Source: Vicugna vicugna (lineage: Eukaryota). From it: a DNA stretch of 64,000 bases. The position numbers and the translations under genes were made by a program. The stretch's first letter is position 1, and each line of letters starts with the position of its first letter. The notes under the pieces are model-generated. The model was given only the letters and a program-made list of their open reading frames with translations. It was not told the DNA's origin and made no database searches. The stretch covers positions 9,899,720-9,963,719 of the forward strand of contig MU058065.1 of assembly GCA_013265495.1 (NCBI GenBank), in the 5' to 3' direction. This document shows, piece by piece, positions 23,619-36,652 of the stretch.

Positions 23619-25570
23619 CCGCATACTTCCATCAAATATATTATTTTTCTTCCCTCATCATAACTGATAATTTGATATTATATTTGAATGTCTTAAAATA
23701 TCACATTTATGTAGCTATCTGTGTTTATTACAGAACTACATCACTAACTTTTGGTAATGTGAAGATAATATTTTATTTCATTGCTTTACTTCTGCCTTTT
23801 TCCCAGTTGTTGCACACTTCCCCCTGATATACATCTTTTAATATCTGCTGATTGTAGGCACTTATGACTCGTTGGGACCTACCATTACTTTTATTACCCT
23901 GGGTAATACAATTTTGATTGTAGAAAGCTCATTTTAGGATAAGCTCAGAGAACAGAGTAAACTGTTATGTTAAAGACTTTGAAACGACTGCAATGAATAC
24001 AAAAGGGCTGTGGTAAACAATCTTTAGGAGATCATCCATCCCAAGTGCATAGTCCTGATTTCTCATGTTTCATTCATAGCCGAGCGGTGAAAGGATGAAT
24101 GGAGCCACTCCTAATTAATTTTGCTTTGCATTGGGGGGAAGCTAGAAAAATCAGATATTCGTTTCCTTTATTAATTTTCTTCTTTATACTATAATAAGCA
24201 TTTAGTTCTTCAGCAATATTGATTTTTCGATTGGGTGTTGCATATAATTTTACAATTTGTTCAATCACTTATTAGATATTTCACATCCTGTTTGTAGGGG
24301 AATGTGTCTGGAATAGACTGATGTGGGCTGCCGAGGACAGCTTGCTGATTTGTTGTTTAGATGAACCAACACATACCATATATTATATTTGGAAGTAAAC
24401 CACTGAAGACCAGCAACAGTTTCTACCCGATTTATAACACCTTTGGGAGGACAGTTTCTCAGTAAATAATGCTTATACCTCAGAAAACTATTTATTATGA
24501 ATGCTCTGGGTGCAGACAAAGGAAATGTTTTCAGTACACATACCGTCTAGCTTCTTGGAGTTAACTAAGAAAAATGTCTAAGGGAGACTTAGAGGGGATT
24601 TGTTTTGGTAAATTTTTTAGATCACAAATGTTAGGATGGTGCTGTGAAATCCATTTGTCTTGAGAAATGCAAAAATTTTGAAAGAACAATTAGAATTTAG
24701 GCCATAGAAATTATGTTCAAATCTAAATATATTATTCATAAATTTGTTTAGCATTTGTAACAATCTCCAACGCAGCCTCAAGGTTAAGTAAAGTTTTCCA
24801 GAAAGAGGCTTTGCTGATGTATAAAATATGATTAAACTCATCAAAAATACATATACACACACATGTGCTCATGCACACATACACACATACAAAGGAGGAA
24901 AGCACACGTGCAAATTTTACAGTGGTTTTCTTGCAATGATGGGATGACATTTGAATATTTCTAGGCTTGTCAAATTTCTATAATAAACATGTACAACATC
25001 TATAATCAGAAAAAGTTATAGCAAATTCCATTTTAATGTAGCTATCGAAACACACATTCAGTTGGGAAGTAAGAGGCTTGGCATCATATTTTTAAGTGCT
25101 AAATAAAGAGACATAGCAGAGCATTGCCACTAAGGTACAGATTAAAACCCACTGGCATATGGGCCATGTTTATTTGCCATTGAATTTGGTGATTCTTCCT
25201 TCTTTATATCTTAAAATCCCTATGCTTGCAGCAAGAATATGCATTTGTAATAAGCCTTCCTTTGCCCCTCGGAAAGGAGCATGTAGCCCTTAGCTATTCC
25301 CAAAGATGCTAAGGGATGAAGTCCCACCTTTCTTAACAAATGGCTTACCAAGCAGTGCCCTTGCTCTTCTGGGTTCCACAGGGCCCTAAAAGCTAGGTTA
25401 TATGCTCTTTTCTGGATAAAAATCTGAAACCTATCACTAGTTATAAATAATGTTCACTCTGGTTTATCATCAGGGTTGCTACTGCCTTACTCACAACAAA
25501 CAAATTTGAAGTTGAAACAGCTCAGATAACTAGGTTTTGGTGAAAGTATATCTCTTCTCTGCAAACTCAC

Positions 25571-25649
25571 TGCTAATAACCTTTTCATATAATTGGGCAC
25601 ACGCATGGTCCTAATACAGATATTCTCTACAGGTAATAATTCAATACAT
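25571..25649 (-). other. Candidate 79-nt exon on the minus strand
   Basis: Reverse strand acceptor TTTGTTTGTTTGTTTTTGTAG| and donor GCA|GTGAGT. Confidence 0.25.
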
Positions 25650-25944
25650 CTACAAAAACAAACAAACAAACAGATAAAAATCACAGTCTGCAAAAAATAT
25701 AAGGGGTATATATCTAATGGGACAGAAATATTTCAAAGGACATCTTAGACAATGTGAACCTGTTAGTGGTGGACTTTATCACAAACTGGATCTCAAAGGC
25801 TGTGTTTTTGTATTCTATTTCAACAATAACAAAACGTGTGAAATTCTACACTGAATATATCCAACATATGTGTATGTGTGTGGTAGGCACATAACACACA
25901 CACATACTCATAATTTATGTCATTAAATATATGAGAAGAAAATG

Positions 25945-26140
25945 AGAGGTGGTTAAGAATATAGTGTCTGGAGTCAGCCTGGTGGGGTTCAAATCCTCTT
26001 TCACTTGCTGTTTAGCTTTGAGGGTGATTTACTTAACCTCTTTGTGCCTCAGTTTCCTTTCTTGTAAAATAAGAACTGTTAGTGGATCTAACTTCATACG
26101 ATTAGCGGGAGGATTAAATGGTTCTTTGCATGTAAACATT
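25945..26140 (+). mobile_element. MIR SINE
   Basis: GTGGTTAAGAATATAGTGTCTGGAGTCAG...GGGTTCAAATCC...TTACTTAACCTCTTTGTGCCTCAGTTTCCTTTCTTGTAAAATAAG. Confidence 0.85.
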
Positions 26141-27601
26141 ACCATATAGCAAACACGTGCTTTTGAAAGTTCCGTCATCTTTTGATGACCACAATGAGAT
26201 TCATATTTTTCTCTCTGAGACTGGGATGTTACATTGGGATGTTGGTACGTGGAGAGTGTGTTCTCTGCCTTTATGGGATCTACTAGGAATATACTGGAAA
26301 CCGAGACTTGGGAAACTCAAGAGGAAATTGAGAGTGGGAGTCTGGTGAGTGAGCACTGGAAGTCAGGCAGTAGTACCCCACTGCAGGGTACAGTCTACAA
26401 AAGCAAGCAAAAGGAAAACAAGTGATGGAAACCATCAAGTGGTAGAAATACGATCTGTACTTCGGAGTTTTGTTTCCTTTTCTTCTGTCTTCATGTGCAT
26501 TTCATTATTTTTATATAAAATGGAAGCTACATAATTTATGCTGCCTGAGCTGAATAAAAATTACAAAAACATATACAACATATTGAAGTTTAGAATACTT
26601 TGTACCTGTATTTCTTGGTGCTGTACAGCAGATCTACACTTGTACCCATCATACCCTAATTAAGGTTCATCGATCACTGTGTGGTAGCTAGCACAGTTGG
26701 GGCATTATTACTGAGAAAAACTCAGAAAATTCTTCAGAACTTATGTGAAAATCCGATTCCTTTGAAGTAGCCCAGTCCACAGAAGACCTCAGATATGTGT
26801 TTGTTTTAAAACCATGAATTATTTTCAAAATTCAACTTTATTTTTTACTTTTTACTTTCTACTTTTCACAAAGCCCAACTCTGCTGTTTTGGAGGGTGGG
26901 TTCATTATATATTTTTTATTCGTCTTTTTTTGGGAATGGCTTGTGCATTTGAAGTAACATCATTATTTATTCATCGTTCTAAGTAACGCTTGAAGTGTTC
27001 GATTCAGTTTGCAGACTTGACTGTTAACTGGCAGCTACTGGCAGAGGGAAGTTTGGGTCACAGACATGGCATTTGTTGGCACACACCATTGTACAGACCA
27101 TGTCACAAATACTAGTTCTGTTTAACTATAATTGTGCTTCTAAATTGTGTGAAAGGTTTTAAAAAGTGTAAAATTTTCTTTCTTGATTGACTGGTGGATA
27201 AATACATAAAAGAAGGAAATAACAAAATCAAATTCAAATTTGGATATAGATTTGCTGAAAATGTCAGCATTTTTCTCTTGAAATTATGGGAGTGGAAAGA
27301 GGTGTGTTTCCCCAGATCAGAGCTGTATATTTTGCTCTCTTTCTGGAAAAGTTTTCTGAGCAAATGAAGGTATTAAACGAAAGAGGGGTGTCTTTACTTT
27401 TCCTTCAGACCATGCCCATCTATACACACAGGAAGTGCTCTGGCTGTTTTCAGAGGCGACAACATTGTTTCTTGGTGGAGAAGAGGCAATTTGAAGGAGG
27501 CAGCATCCTAACCACAGGAGTCTTGGAACTAAAAAGGTTTTCTCATAAAGCCTTACATTCAACAAAACCCTGGGATTTTCTAGATTAGACCTATTTTCTG
27601 C

Positions 27602-27624
27602 GTGTGTGTGTGTGTGTGTGTGTG
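27602..27624. repeat. (GT)n microsatellite
   Basis: About 11 perfect GT units. Confidence 0.95.
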
Positions 27625-29312
27625 CATTATTTTCTCATTCTCTCCATGAGTAAACTCACATTAGTAGCCAGTCCTAATTATGGTAACCACATTTACAGTT
27701 CTAAGGCAGGAGAGCAAAGGAAATCAATATAAAGAAAACACCCTGGGGGGACACCGAATGGACTCTGTAGTTCACTAAAATTTTGTGACTAATCAGCATC
27801 TTCCTGTCTAGCTATCCTATATCCATACCTAACTGATCTTCTTTTTACTGAATCGAAAACAATTGGAAACTTTCCAATTGCAACACAATCTTTTTGTTCA
27901 ATTGCCGACCAGTAGTAGTTCTAAAAAAATCATTTCTAAATTTTAAGACTCAGAGTTGTCTGAATTTTCCCTGTTAAACTCATAACCCAAAGTACTGAAG
28001 TCAGCAGGACCTAATGCCTAATTCGCTTACGCATACGGTGAAATCCAGTGCCAAGGATCATCCTCGGCCATTGCCCCACTTCAAATATTCATGATGCGCC
28101 ACAGTCCAAGATGCATTAAAGGTGGGAACGGTGCCAGCAACACACAGTCTTCCTAGTGACAAGGAGCCTTCTCAGATCAAAGGAGCAAGATGTTAAAGAC
28201 TTCAAACTAAACTGTCTTTGTAAGAGACGCTCACAAAAGGAATGCCAAATCCCATACCCTGTTTCAGCCTCGGAACATCAATGAAATAAAGGAAAAAAAT
28301 AGACGCTCATTCATTTTCTCTTCTGACTCTTTTTACTGAAACTACTTTGCTTTTCTCCTTTCTTAGCATTGCAGTCAAACACAGGGATGTTATCCACTAA
28401 AACGGGAAAACATTATTAATGCTTTCAAAGACAAAATGAATGAGTACTGAGGAGTTAATAGCAGTTAGGCCAATATGAGTTTGCTAATGGAACCTGAGTG
28501 GCATGCTGAGAATAACACTAGAGCAAAGTTAAAATGGGCACAGGAGCTATAAAGTGCACATTATGAAGCAAATACACACAAAAATTTAAGTTGTCCCTTT
28601 ATGTCATTTGTCACCCAGCTGCACCTGCTCCTACACCTGTCCTCCCTTCCTTGATCTATCTTGGCACCCTGGAAATGTTAGGCATGTAGCCAATTTCATA
28701 CCCAGCCATTCTGATGATCCAAACTACTGTCGACTTGCTTTTTTCTTGTATTAAATCAGGTATCAACCCCAGGGCTCTGAACTACTTCTGACTGACAAGA
28801 CCAAGAGAAAGTTCTAGGCTAATTACTTCTTAGGACTTTGTTCCCAGTGCAAAGAGTTACTCCTGACCTACTTTGGACTTGCTGAAATAATTTATCAGGT
28901 AAGATAATTAAGGGAATATAAAGCTGTTTCGAAAACCAAGCAAGTAACAGAAATATTTGTTGAAATCCTAAGTTAGTATTCCCAGTGCTATCAGATGAGG
29001 CTTTAGGACTTTGCGATGAGTTAATTTTATTATGTTTGACTTATAAGCCCTTCTTTTTCTCTATAAATTATACTTGGCAGGATGTATTTGAGAGTCTCTT
29101 TGATGTATAAATGTATTAGTTTTGACTTTTTTCAGTCTAGATATAAAGAGAAACAATCTTTTAAGCCCTTCTCTTCTTCTCCTCTTACTCCACCCCCGTA
29201 AACAAGCACACACATCCCTTTGTACAGGTGCTCCCCTTATCTCTGAAGCCCATCCTAAATAAAGGGATGCCTCGAGAGCAGAGTGGATGTGTCTGCGGTG
29301 AGGACCACTTAC

Positions 29313-29545
29313 CATGTGGACTTTTCACTCTCTCGAAAGCTTAATCCTTTCCTACACATAGGTAAATATTTAGAACTGAAGAACCTTTTGTAGCAATGGT
29401 TTTTCTTTCCTATTGAGAAAATCTGACCATTTTCTGATTTCTGCATTCTTGATGTTCTCCATAAGAAGAAGAAAAAGGCAAGAGAAAAACCTTGAAAGGA
29501 AGTCATGGAACGTAAGGGAGGGGTGTGTGTGAGCTTATAAGCCAT
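29313..29545 (-). promoter_or_regulatory. Candidate TATA-like promoter and first exon ending ATG|GTAAGT
   Basis: Palindrome GCTTATAAGC at 29533-29542, CACCC box and ACTTCC (ETS core) just downstream on the minus strand, and consensus intronic donor GTAAGT at 29312-29307. Unique, repeat-free context. Confidence 0.35.
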
Positions 29546-31654
29546 CTGTTTTTCTCAAACTAAAGGCATTAAAAAATTATGTCATTCGGATGATGGTTTA
29601 ATCAATGTCATCCTCTAATTATTATTTTTTTTCCTTTTCCTCCACTCCCCTTCCCCTTCCCCCTTTTATTTATTTATTTTTGGTCCTGCTTCCTGCTTCT
29701 TAATTCAAAACTCATATAACTCTGAAAACAAGGTCAGCTGATTGTGTACTGGCTTTTTAATTCTAATAAAGTTTTATCTTCATTTAGAAAATACCTGAAC
29801 AAATTTGAGTAACTGGATTTAGTCCTTGTGGTAAAATGTAAAATATTAATTTCTCAGGCTAGGAATAAGGAAAAACTCGGGAATTAATTTTTCACATTCG
29901 TTTCAATATTGCAGTTACAATAATAACATTATTTCTCAGCAGTGTTTATTCACATCTTGTTATTACTTCATAATGCAGGGTTGAGGAAATTGCATGCATA
30001 AAATTGTCGTTTAGTTAGTGTCAAAGGAAAAAATAAAACTGAACAGTGACTTGTACTCTTTGTTTCCACCCAGCATGCGCAGTGCTTTATGTCTGTGAGA
30101 GGACCTGGCCGTGGTTTCATCCAAAATCAATAGCACATCAGGCTCCCCTGATGCAGTTGACTAGTACTAGACTCAGATCACTCCCCTATTGCCTCCTGTC
30201 TTACTTTATAGCCTCTTTCATTCCATGCCTATTTAATTTCATTTATTGCTCTGTTCTTGTGTCCTTCAGCTGTTTTCAACCTGCCCTTCATGCTCATAAC
30301 TAAATACAATATGTTAACATACAAAGGTATTTATGTAAATGAAAATCAATACGCTTATCATTTCTGCACCATTCCTTCTTGCTTACATTGGACATTTTAA
30401 GTACATTTTATTTAAAGGCTAACAACTCTTCATTCTTGCCTGGGAAGTGGAATGATCTTCTTGGCTCCCTGCCCCCTGCAGCCCTCCGTCTAATCTTCAC
30501 AGCCATGACCGCTTAGCCCCATCTGGAGGTTCAGCCTTAGTCTGCATTTTGGAACTAATCTTGTCTCTAGGTTGGGGGCGTACAAGATGTCCTAGCCAAA
30601 AGCTAACTGATTCAGCATCCAGTCAGCCTTACTGCTGGCTTCATTCTGACCTTGTAATTCATTTCCGAGAGCCAGGGGCTTGTCCCAGCCCCTGGTAACC
30701 AAAGCCTGGTTTTCTGCATCAGTTCCGGTAAGTGGAGTCTATCCAGTCTTTCCTGCATCTGTCCCTGATTGATACTCAGTTCTCTTGATAACTGAGGTTC
30801 TGCCTTGCCCTCTTTTGTTCCCTTTGTAACTAAACTTCTTTTCCTAACTTCAGTTCTCTTGGCTGTCGAATCTTTCTGATGCCACTTGCCTTCATCTCCT
30901 TGAACTGCCCACTTTGTACCATGAATCTGAACTTCTGGTAGAATACCAGGAGTGACACGGCCACCCTGGATTAGCCCACTGCCTGCTGCAGGCACCTCTC
31001 TTGTCACCAGCTCTAACCAAGCAGGTCTCCAGGCACTGGATCTAAGCTGCTTGCAATCTGGCCACCTCATTATTCCAGACATGACAGGAAAGAAATATTT
31101 TAATTGCATCTTTGGTTGAATTGTTATGCTAACATTCTCTAGTTACTGTCACCTCATCTCTTCATCTCGGCCCTGCCACTTAAACACTTTAAAACTCAGT
31201 TTCCTCTTTGTAAAATGATCATAATAGAATCTACAATTAGGGTTATTTTGAGGATAATTCACCAAAAAAAGAATGGACCAAGCCTATAGTAAGCAATTAG
31301 TAATTTTTAGCTGCTATTATTATCTCATTTCTTAAATCTTTAAATCTTTAACTTGTAAAATGAACCTATGTCACTTAAAGGTGATTGTTAAAGAGATGAG
31401 AATGGGGAATGGAAAATTCTTAAGAAAAAATTAGGGACCCTGTGAATTTTTTTTTAAGTAGAATAGCTGACAGCACGATCATCAGCAGCATTAAAAATCA
31501 CGGTGAACTACAGACGTGGTAGCCAGCAAACATTAAGAACGAGGTATTTTAAGGATACATTTCCCGTCAATGTGTCTTAATTTACAATGACTACGACTAG
31601 ACAGAGCCCTAAAGCATTCAGGGGGCAGAAGTCAGTCATTTATTTCAGACCAGT

Positions 31655-31810
31655 ATTTATACAATCATCTGGGAACTTTTAGAGAAATAAAATTTTAAGC
31701 CCTACTTCTCTGAAGTTCTGACTCATTAATTTTGGGATGGAACTAAAGAACTGGTATGTTTAAAAAAATTCCCAAAGTAATCCTGCTGGTCAGCCGGGTT
31801 TGGGAGCCAG
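31655..31810. mobile_element. MER5-type hAT-Charlie element
   Basis: AATCATCTGGGAACTTTT...TTCTGACTCATTAATTTTGGGATGG...TTCCCAAAGTAATCCTGCTG...GTTTGGGAGCCA. Confidence 0.55.
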
Positions 31811-32221
31811 AAATTCATCAGCCAGCAGGATGCCCAGGATGCTCTTAAGAAAATACACGTCTGTTTACCTCAAGATGGTCAAACCAGTTCACAGACTCCC
31901 TGACTTGGCTCCCAGCTGCTCATTGGCTAGAAACGTTTGACAGGTATGGAAATTCCACTGCTGCCTGCTTTTAATAATGGGTGGCTGTTTCTCCTGGCTA
32001 GTCAATAGCAGTGTTTACCGGTAAGGATTCAGTTAGTTTACCCTAAGAGCCCCAGTTTGCCCAGTTGAAATCCTCAACTTAATCTGCGTTCAAAAATATT
32101 TTAAAATATTTTAAGTGCAGATTGTTTCAGTCTTGCCAAAATTACCTTGCTTTAGTTTTTTTCTTCCTGTTCCTTAGATGAACTGCCCCTCCACCCACAA
32201 AAGTTTGATCAAAATGATTGT

Positions 32222-32417
32222 GTTTTTTATGCCCAATTTTACCGAGATAGAAATGACATGTAATATTGTATAAGTTTAAAGTGAACAACATGTTGATACA
32301 CTTATATATTGCAACATGATAACCACCATAGAGTTAGCTAAGACCTCCATCACCTCACATAATTATCTTTTTTTTTTTTTGGTGGTGAGAACATTGAAGA
32401 TTTACTCCCTTACCTAC
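32222..32417 (-). mobile_element. L1 3' end (L1MA9-like) with perfect 18-bp TSD
   Basis: Antisense L1 tail CCTCCATCACCTCACATAATTATC...GTGGTGAGAACATTGAAGATTTACTC. TSD TTTGATCAAAATGATTGT at 32204-32221 and 32418-32435. Confidence 0.85.
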
Positions 32418-33159
32418 TTTGATCAAAATGATTGTTACTATTCTAGACATAGTCTGCATATTGAAAAAAATCAAAGGGTACCTGGCTGTTTTCCTGACAG
32501 GTATGTGTATAAAAGTTAGAGAGAGAGAGAGAGAGAGGGACAATGAGAAAGAGAGACTGCCTCTTTCAATTATCACGCTATACAAAGACCTTTGGGTTGC
32601 TCACCTGGGGTGTGAGTCAGGGTATAACCAATGTGGATGCCCTAAAAAGCTAACATTTTGGGACCCATTCAGAATAATGAATATTATTCATTATCTGTTC
32701 AGATCTGTTCAGCATATCTTTATAGCAGAAGCTGGTATTGCTTGAGTGAAGGGAGAAGTTGATCCTAGAGGGCCAGAGATCATTCCTTGCTCTGCTTTCT
32801 TCTCAATTCAGCTATAAGCACACACAAGCATATCCTTCAATGAAATCTCGGCAGTTACCCAGAGCCACCATCTTAGAAGCAGATTAACAACTGAACAACT
32901 ATTCATTGTTCCTTGACCATGCTTTTTGAGAGATGTTCTGGTAAATATGACTTTTCTCTCCATCTCTTAACACTGACAGTATCTGGGGGGGGGCGCTCAG
33001 CGATATCTTTTTGTACCTTATCAAGTAATGCCCTGGGCAGCTGCTTGTCTGGCCCAACTCTTAGTTCAGATTCAGAAATTCCTTGCTGTTATTGTAGCCC
33101 TCATGTTTTCCTTCTTGAGAACTGGATTAAAAAAAAATGCTGAAAGTGTCTTTTTTTAG

Positions 33160-33365
33160 GAAACAACTGATGGAGTAAAAATAAATTAATTATTGTCATT
33201 ATTTTGTTTAAAAGAATAAAATGGCACATTACCAGACATCCTCGGCATCTTCATCACATTCTGCACCAAACTGACAAATATCACAGGTGGACGTCTCCTT
33301 TTGACTGGTTTCTCCTGAGCCTTCATGGACTGTAGGACAGAAGAAAGTGAACAAAAAGAATTCAG
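33160..33365 (+). other. Weak candidate non-coding exon
   Basis: Acceptor GTCTTTTTTTAG| at 33159 and donor CAG|GTAAAT at 33365/33366. Confidence 0.2.
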
Positions 33366-35742
33366 GTAAATGTGTATAATACCAATAACTCTAACACTAT
33401 TATTTTATATTAAAGCTACTAGTTTCCCAGTGGACTTGTTTGCTATTAAGGCTTATTACATTGTCATATTCAACTCCTTTCTTCCCTAAATTTGAAGAAA
33501 ACTAACAATAATATGTTAGGGCATTGGTATGTAGTGAACAATTATTTTTATAAGCAAAATTAAAAAAAAAACCAGGAGAGTTTACTGGGTTTATTAAAGG
33601 TATTTGGCTAACAGACCATACAAAAGAGTTTTTTAATGAAAAGATTTAGATTATTACTTGCCTGGATGAAAAATCTAGTGTCTATAAAAATCTAGTGTCT
33701 ATAAAATGAGCGGTTTCTCATATAGTTTTTTTCATTGAGAGGCTTTTATACATAACTTAAAAGAATTAGGTGGGCAGCTTTGCCTTATCAGATATATGTT
33801 TCCTCCTCACAAAATGTTAAGTATTTATAAGGAAAAATATATTAATTATAAGTTTATAGAAAATATCTTTTAATTGGTTTGTAATTTTTTTTTGCACTGT
33901 ACACAAATGTTGCACAGAGCCCATCATAGTGATTTCTTCTATGAGGGTTATGAACATATATCTCATTAAAAAATATATAATGTCATTGATGATGATTATT
34001 GATATTTGTTTTTTTATATCCATAAATTATAGATGTAAAAATATGCTAGGTATAACCTAATTATAAAAGTAATCTTTCAAAATCAGGAAATGATAGTGTA
34101 AATCAAGAAAAAAAATACTAGTGTTTGAGTTCAAGAAATAAAAATCTGAGCTATAATTTTGAGATGATAGATTACTTTTTACCCAATTAAAAAATACGTA
34201 GTTGAAAGCAAAAATAGTTTTGCTTATAGATAAGAAATTGCAACAGCTAACTACTGCACAGGTAGTCTTATTCCATGGACAGATTATATACTTAAAACAT
34301 ATGTTTACATTAAAAGAATTCTTAAAACGCACACTTCTGCAAAAGGCTATGCATTTTCAATAGAAAAAAAAGTGAGCACTTAAGTATGACATTGGTTCCT
34401 AGCAGTAAGATAACATTTTAACAAAGACTTAATTTGTTAACATGCACTCTGAATCGAATAAATTCAGCCTTACTTATTTTGTTTTCATATATTTTCATCA
34501 TTTGTTCTTTGTTTATTAGTAAGAGAGCTTGTAATATTTACAAAAGGAAATATCTGTATTCCTCGATTTTCCCATTTACTGCTGCGCAGATTGGTGATTT
34601 GATTTGCCAAAAAGAAAAAGAACAAGAAGACATCTCTGAGTTCTCTGTTTTATACTTTTTCCAGGAAAGTCAGATTTCTCCCTTTCTAAAGCAACATTTT
34701 TCACCCTTGTACTTGATGGTTTACGTTATACTTGAAAAAAAAAAAAGAATTAAAACAGATCAATTTCAGTTGCAAAAGTATTATTGATGGTATAGTTTTA
34801 AAATTGGAAGTGAAAAAAAAAAAGGTGTTTCTCCCCAGGAAGAAGAAGGAATTTTAGATTCTGATAAAATAGACAGCAATTATTATCCACTCTATTACTT
34901 TAATACAGGCGAGATCATTAGAGGGGACTGTGGGGGTAAGAAGAAAGCTGGGGCCTCACCTCAGGGAAGACTGCACAGCTGAGGTCCGTCTCTTTATTAC
35001 TTTCTTATTATTAATGCAACACAGAAGCTGCTAATGGGAGAGAGCCTTTTAGTGTTAGCAAGATTAGCAGCCTCTAGACAAAAGCTTCCCATCACTCAGG
35101 AAACACACTAACACAACGGGAAGGTCCTTAATGAACAGTTAGAGCCACTTATGAACAGCCCATCTTCTTTTGCGTAGAGATCCTTGGTCAGGGATCTCCT
35201 GGAAGTAATCCAGGGCGTGAATTGGTCTAACTCAGCAAAACTAATAATATTTCTACTGGAAGTCACATTACATTTCTATCAAAGTTATATGTAGACGCGA
35301 GATGTTTGGAAATTCTCCCATATGGAGAAGTATATCCAAAAGGAGCAGTAGCAATATCTCTATCAGTAAACATTCTGGGAATAGAATGACTTTATGTGAA
35401 GCTATCTTCAATGAAAAATAAAGTAAAATCTTTCCATATTGCCTGAAGCACAGATTCGCATCTTTGTAATAAACAAATTAGTACACAGCTTTCATTTAAC
35501 CTTATAGACCAATGATTCTTAAATAGGGTTGGGCTCAGAAGCTCTGGTAGATTTGGTTTGTTGATTTATATACTGTTTTTAGCATAAAAGCCCTGGGAAA
35601 TCCTAAGTGGTACTAAGTTTGTAGGCTTGAAGCTTGGTTATGTAAACTCTCAGAAACACATCCCTGAGTAAGAATCTCTACCCTAAACAACACTGGGAAG
35701 ACTTCATCTGTCCCGAGCATCCTCTGCAAGCCATGTCTAGCA

Positions 35743-35905
35743 CAGGGCTTCCGTCACTTCAAAGTGCACGGGAAACACCTGGCGATTTTGTTAAAATCAA
35801 GGTTCTGATTCAGCAAGTGTGAGGAGATGCCTGAGATTCTAAATTTCTTACAAGCTCCCAGAAACCGACGCTGCTGGTCCCCAGACCACATTTTGAGTAG
35901 TTTCC
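35743..35905. mobile_element. MER5A-type hAT-Charlie element
   Basis: CACCTGG...TTGTTAAAAT...TTCTGATTCAG...CCTGAGATTCTAAATTTCTTACAAGCTCCCAG...GCTGCTGGTCCCCAGACCACATTTTGAGTAG. Confidence 0.8.
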
Positions 35906-35911
35906 AGTATA

Positions 35912-36165
35912 GCACTGTGTTTTTCAAACCACACTTCACAATTTATTAGTAGATAGTGAAATGGAGTTAGTGGGACACTATCAGCACTTTTGTAAACGTG
36001 AAGCAGAATATACTAGAGCAGAAAACACAGAGTGCATCTTATTTAGCAAGTTTGGTTTTACTTTCTAATGCTGTTTTAGTTATACATATGTACACCCATC
36101 CAAGACTGCAATGTAAATTTCATTTCTTACTAAAGGTCACAGCCACAAAAGCTTGAAAACCACTG
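35912..36165. mobile_element. hAT-Charlie-type MITE (subfamily uncertain)
   Basis: Inverted termini CTGTGTTTTTCAAAC ... GCTTGAAAACCACTG. Confidence 0.55.
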
Positions 36166-36559
36166 ATTTAGCACATGCTAGATGCTCGGCAAATGTGTGT
36201 TGAGTGGGATGGTTCCTTTTTCCTGTTCTTGTTATAGTCTCAGAAATAGGCAGGATCAGTGCTTAATTATTTGCATTCACCCACTGATTATACAGAAATA
36301 AAATTCATTCATCCTGAAGTATTATTTTAATCATGCCTTTGCACTTTAAGCCTTTTATTTTGAGCTGTGAAGTAAGAGAATTATTTCTCTTTATTCTATA
36401 AAAATTTAGGTTTCAGCATGTGATTGAGGGAAATTTGAGGGGCAAGAGAGGTGGAGCTCTTGAAAGCACATTACACCTAATAAGCTACCCTATAGTTAAA
36501 ACTGATTTAATTAATTCCTTTAAGAAGATTCTAGATTGGAGCGTTATGAGAGGTGATCA

Positions 36560-36652
36560 GGGTGGGGAATATAGCTCAGTGGTAAAGCATGTGCTTGGTG
36601 TGCATGAGGTCCTGGGTTTAATCCTCAGCGCGTCTGCTAAGTGGGAGGAAAA
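36560..36652 (+). mobile_element. Camelid tRNA-derived SINE (older or short copy)
   Basis: GGGGAATATAGCTCAGTGGTAAAGCATGTGCTTGGTGTGCATGAGGTCCTGGGTTTAATCCTCAG. Confidence 0.85.

Noticed and set aside
30612..31109. 165-aa minus-strand ORF
   Set aside because: No recognisable domain or splice context. It is consistent with a chance ORF in 64 kb read in six frames. A BLASTp would settle it.
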